From Candidatus Pacearchaeota archaeon (GTDB taxonomy: Archaea > Nanobdellota > Nanobdellia > Pacearchaeales > GW2011-AR1), in the NCBI GenBank assembly GCA_038869895.1, contig JAWCQE010000001.1, positions 121,879 through 185,878 of the forward strand: a stretch of 64,000 bases of DNA. Direction: 5' to 3'. The number at the start of each line of letters is the position of its first letter. The stretch's first letter is position 1. The notes beneath the pieces were generated by a model that was not told where the DNA came from, made no database searches, and saw only the letters and a list, made by a program, of their open reading frames with translations. This document shows positions 62,943 to 64,000 of the stretch, piece after piece. Both the position numbers and the translations under genes were made by a program.

Positions 62943-64000
62943 ATGACAAAAATAGGACTTGAAATTCATGGTTATTTAAATACAAAAGAGAAATTATTTT
63001 GTCAATGTAGGAATTTTCAAAGTGAAAAAGAAAATGTAGCTATTTGTCCTATTTGCACGGGCCAGCCAGGAAGCAAACCAATGTTGCCAAATTCAGAAGC
63101 GATTAAAAAATCCATTCAGATAGCTCTTATGGTAGATGCAAAAATAAATACTATAGAAAATGGAAAAAAACTTGTATGGCAAAGAAAGCATTATGACTGG
63201 CCGGATTTGCCAAAAGGATATCAGAATACTCTTTCTGGGACTTATGCATTTCCCATTGGTGAAAATGGGAGATTTTTAGGTATAAAAATTAAAGAATTAC
63301 ATTTAGAGGAAGACCCGGCTGCGTGGAATCCAGAGACAGGATTTATTGATTACAACCGGAGTGGGAGTCCTTTAATTGAAATTGTGACAGAGCCTGATTT
63401 TAAATCAAGTGATGAAGTTAAGGAATGGATAAAAAAATTGATAATAACTTTCTCTTATATAAAAGCAATAAATAAAAAAGCCGGTATAAAAGCTGATGTC
63501 AATATAAGCTTTGAGGATACTAAAATAAAAACAGAAAGAACAGAAGTAAAAAATATTAATTCAATAAAAGAAATAAGCAAAGTAATAGATTATGAGATTA
63601 GAAGGCATAAAAGAGAATTTCCAAAATTAAGAGAAACAAGAAGATGGAATGTTGAAGAAGGAAAAACAGAACTTATGAGACAGAAAGAAAGCCATGCTGA
63701 TTATCGTTTCATAAATGATCCTGATCTCCCAATTATTAAAATAACTAACATTAAAGTTGAAAAGATAAAAAGTTCACTTCCTGAAACTCCGCAGGAAAAA
63801 TTAAGTAAATTAATAAAAAAATATAAAATTTCAAGAGAACACGCAGAAACCTTATCAAAAAATCTTGATATTGTAGAATTTTTTGAAGGAGTTGCGAAAA
63901 AAATAAACCCAGAATTCGCACTTCCTTGGATAAACGTTGAACTCCTTAGAGTTTTAAATTACAATAAAAAAACTCTTGACGAAGTTTCAATAGAAATAAA
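62943..64000 (+). CDS. Asp/Glu-tRNA amidotransferase subunit B family (GatB/GatE), 3'-partial
   Basis: KIGLEIHGYLNT...CPICTGQPGSKP, LEEDPAAW and NRSGSPLIEIVTEPD match the GatB/GatE N-terminal domain. It runs off the window end. Confidence 0.8.
   Translation, partial: MTKIGLEIHGYLNTKEKLFCQCRNFQSEKENVAICPICTGQPGSKPMLPNSEAIKKSIQIALMVDAKINTIENGKKLVWQRKHYDWPDLPKGYQNTLSGTYAFPIGENGRFLGIKIKELHLEEDPAAWNPETGFIDYNRSGSPLIEIVTEPDFKSSDEVKEWIKKLIITFSYIKAINKKAGIKADVNISFEDTKIKTERTEVKNINSIKEISKVIDYEIRRHKREFPKLRETRRWNVEEGKTELMRQKESHADYRFINDPDLPIIKITNIKVEKIKSSLPETPQEKLSKLIKKYKISREHAETLSKNLDIVEFFEGVAKKINPEFALPWINVELLRVLNYNKKTLDEVSIEI

Overview
AT-rich (~30% GC) archaeal contig with compact, operon-dense coding on both strands. 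The gene set points to a DPANN-type archaeon (Pacearchaeota/Woesearchaeota-like). Informational genes include Alba, S17e, L37Ae, L40e, aIF5A, tRNA-splicing endonuclease EndA, archaeal CPSF1, proteasome beta, Spt5, L11, L1/P0/P1, SecE, RpoP, FtsZ, SepF, Mre11/Rad50 and GatB/E. A 23S rRNA gene (~37.2-40.0 kb, minus strand) stands alone with no 16S or 5S next to it. I see four tRNAs (Met-CAT, Ala-GGC, Ser-TGA, Pro-TGG), no CRISPR array and no obvious mobile element. The accessory content is a large cell-surface region (~12-35 kb) plus a pilus locus at 0-7 kb. Three separate clusters encode proteins whose N-termini look like archaeal class III (prepilin) signal peptides ([KR]G[QA] plus a hydrophobic helix), including one pilin-like protein with a vWA domain. 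The pilus locus also carries TadC/FlaJ-like T2SSF-domain membrane proteins and a KaiC/RecA-like ATPase. The surface region carries two small winged-HTH regulators, a high-GC candidate S-layer protein, and an exosortase/archaeosortase-family protein next to a protein with a C-terminal sorting-type anchor. Its most striking part is a duplicated cassette at 12.9-22.7 kb. Each copy has a pilin-like protein followed by giant cysteine-rich extracytoplasmic proteins. The mature N-termini begin AQTTTxCC, the Cys spacing is shared, a Gly-rich membrane segment follows, and the C-terminal halves contain Ig-like repeats. One copy is a single 1316-aa protein; the other is split into 618-aa and 694-aa ORFs. 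The cassette is preceded by a wHTH gene whose start lies inside a 12-bp tandem repeat. The ORF track missed several short conserved genes (RpoP, SecE, L40e). All calls rest on motif recognition by eye. No database searches were run.
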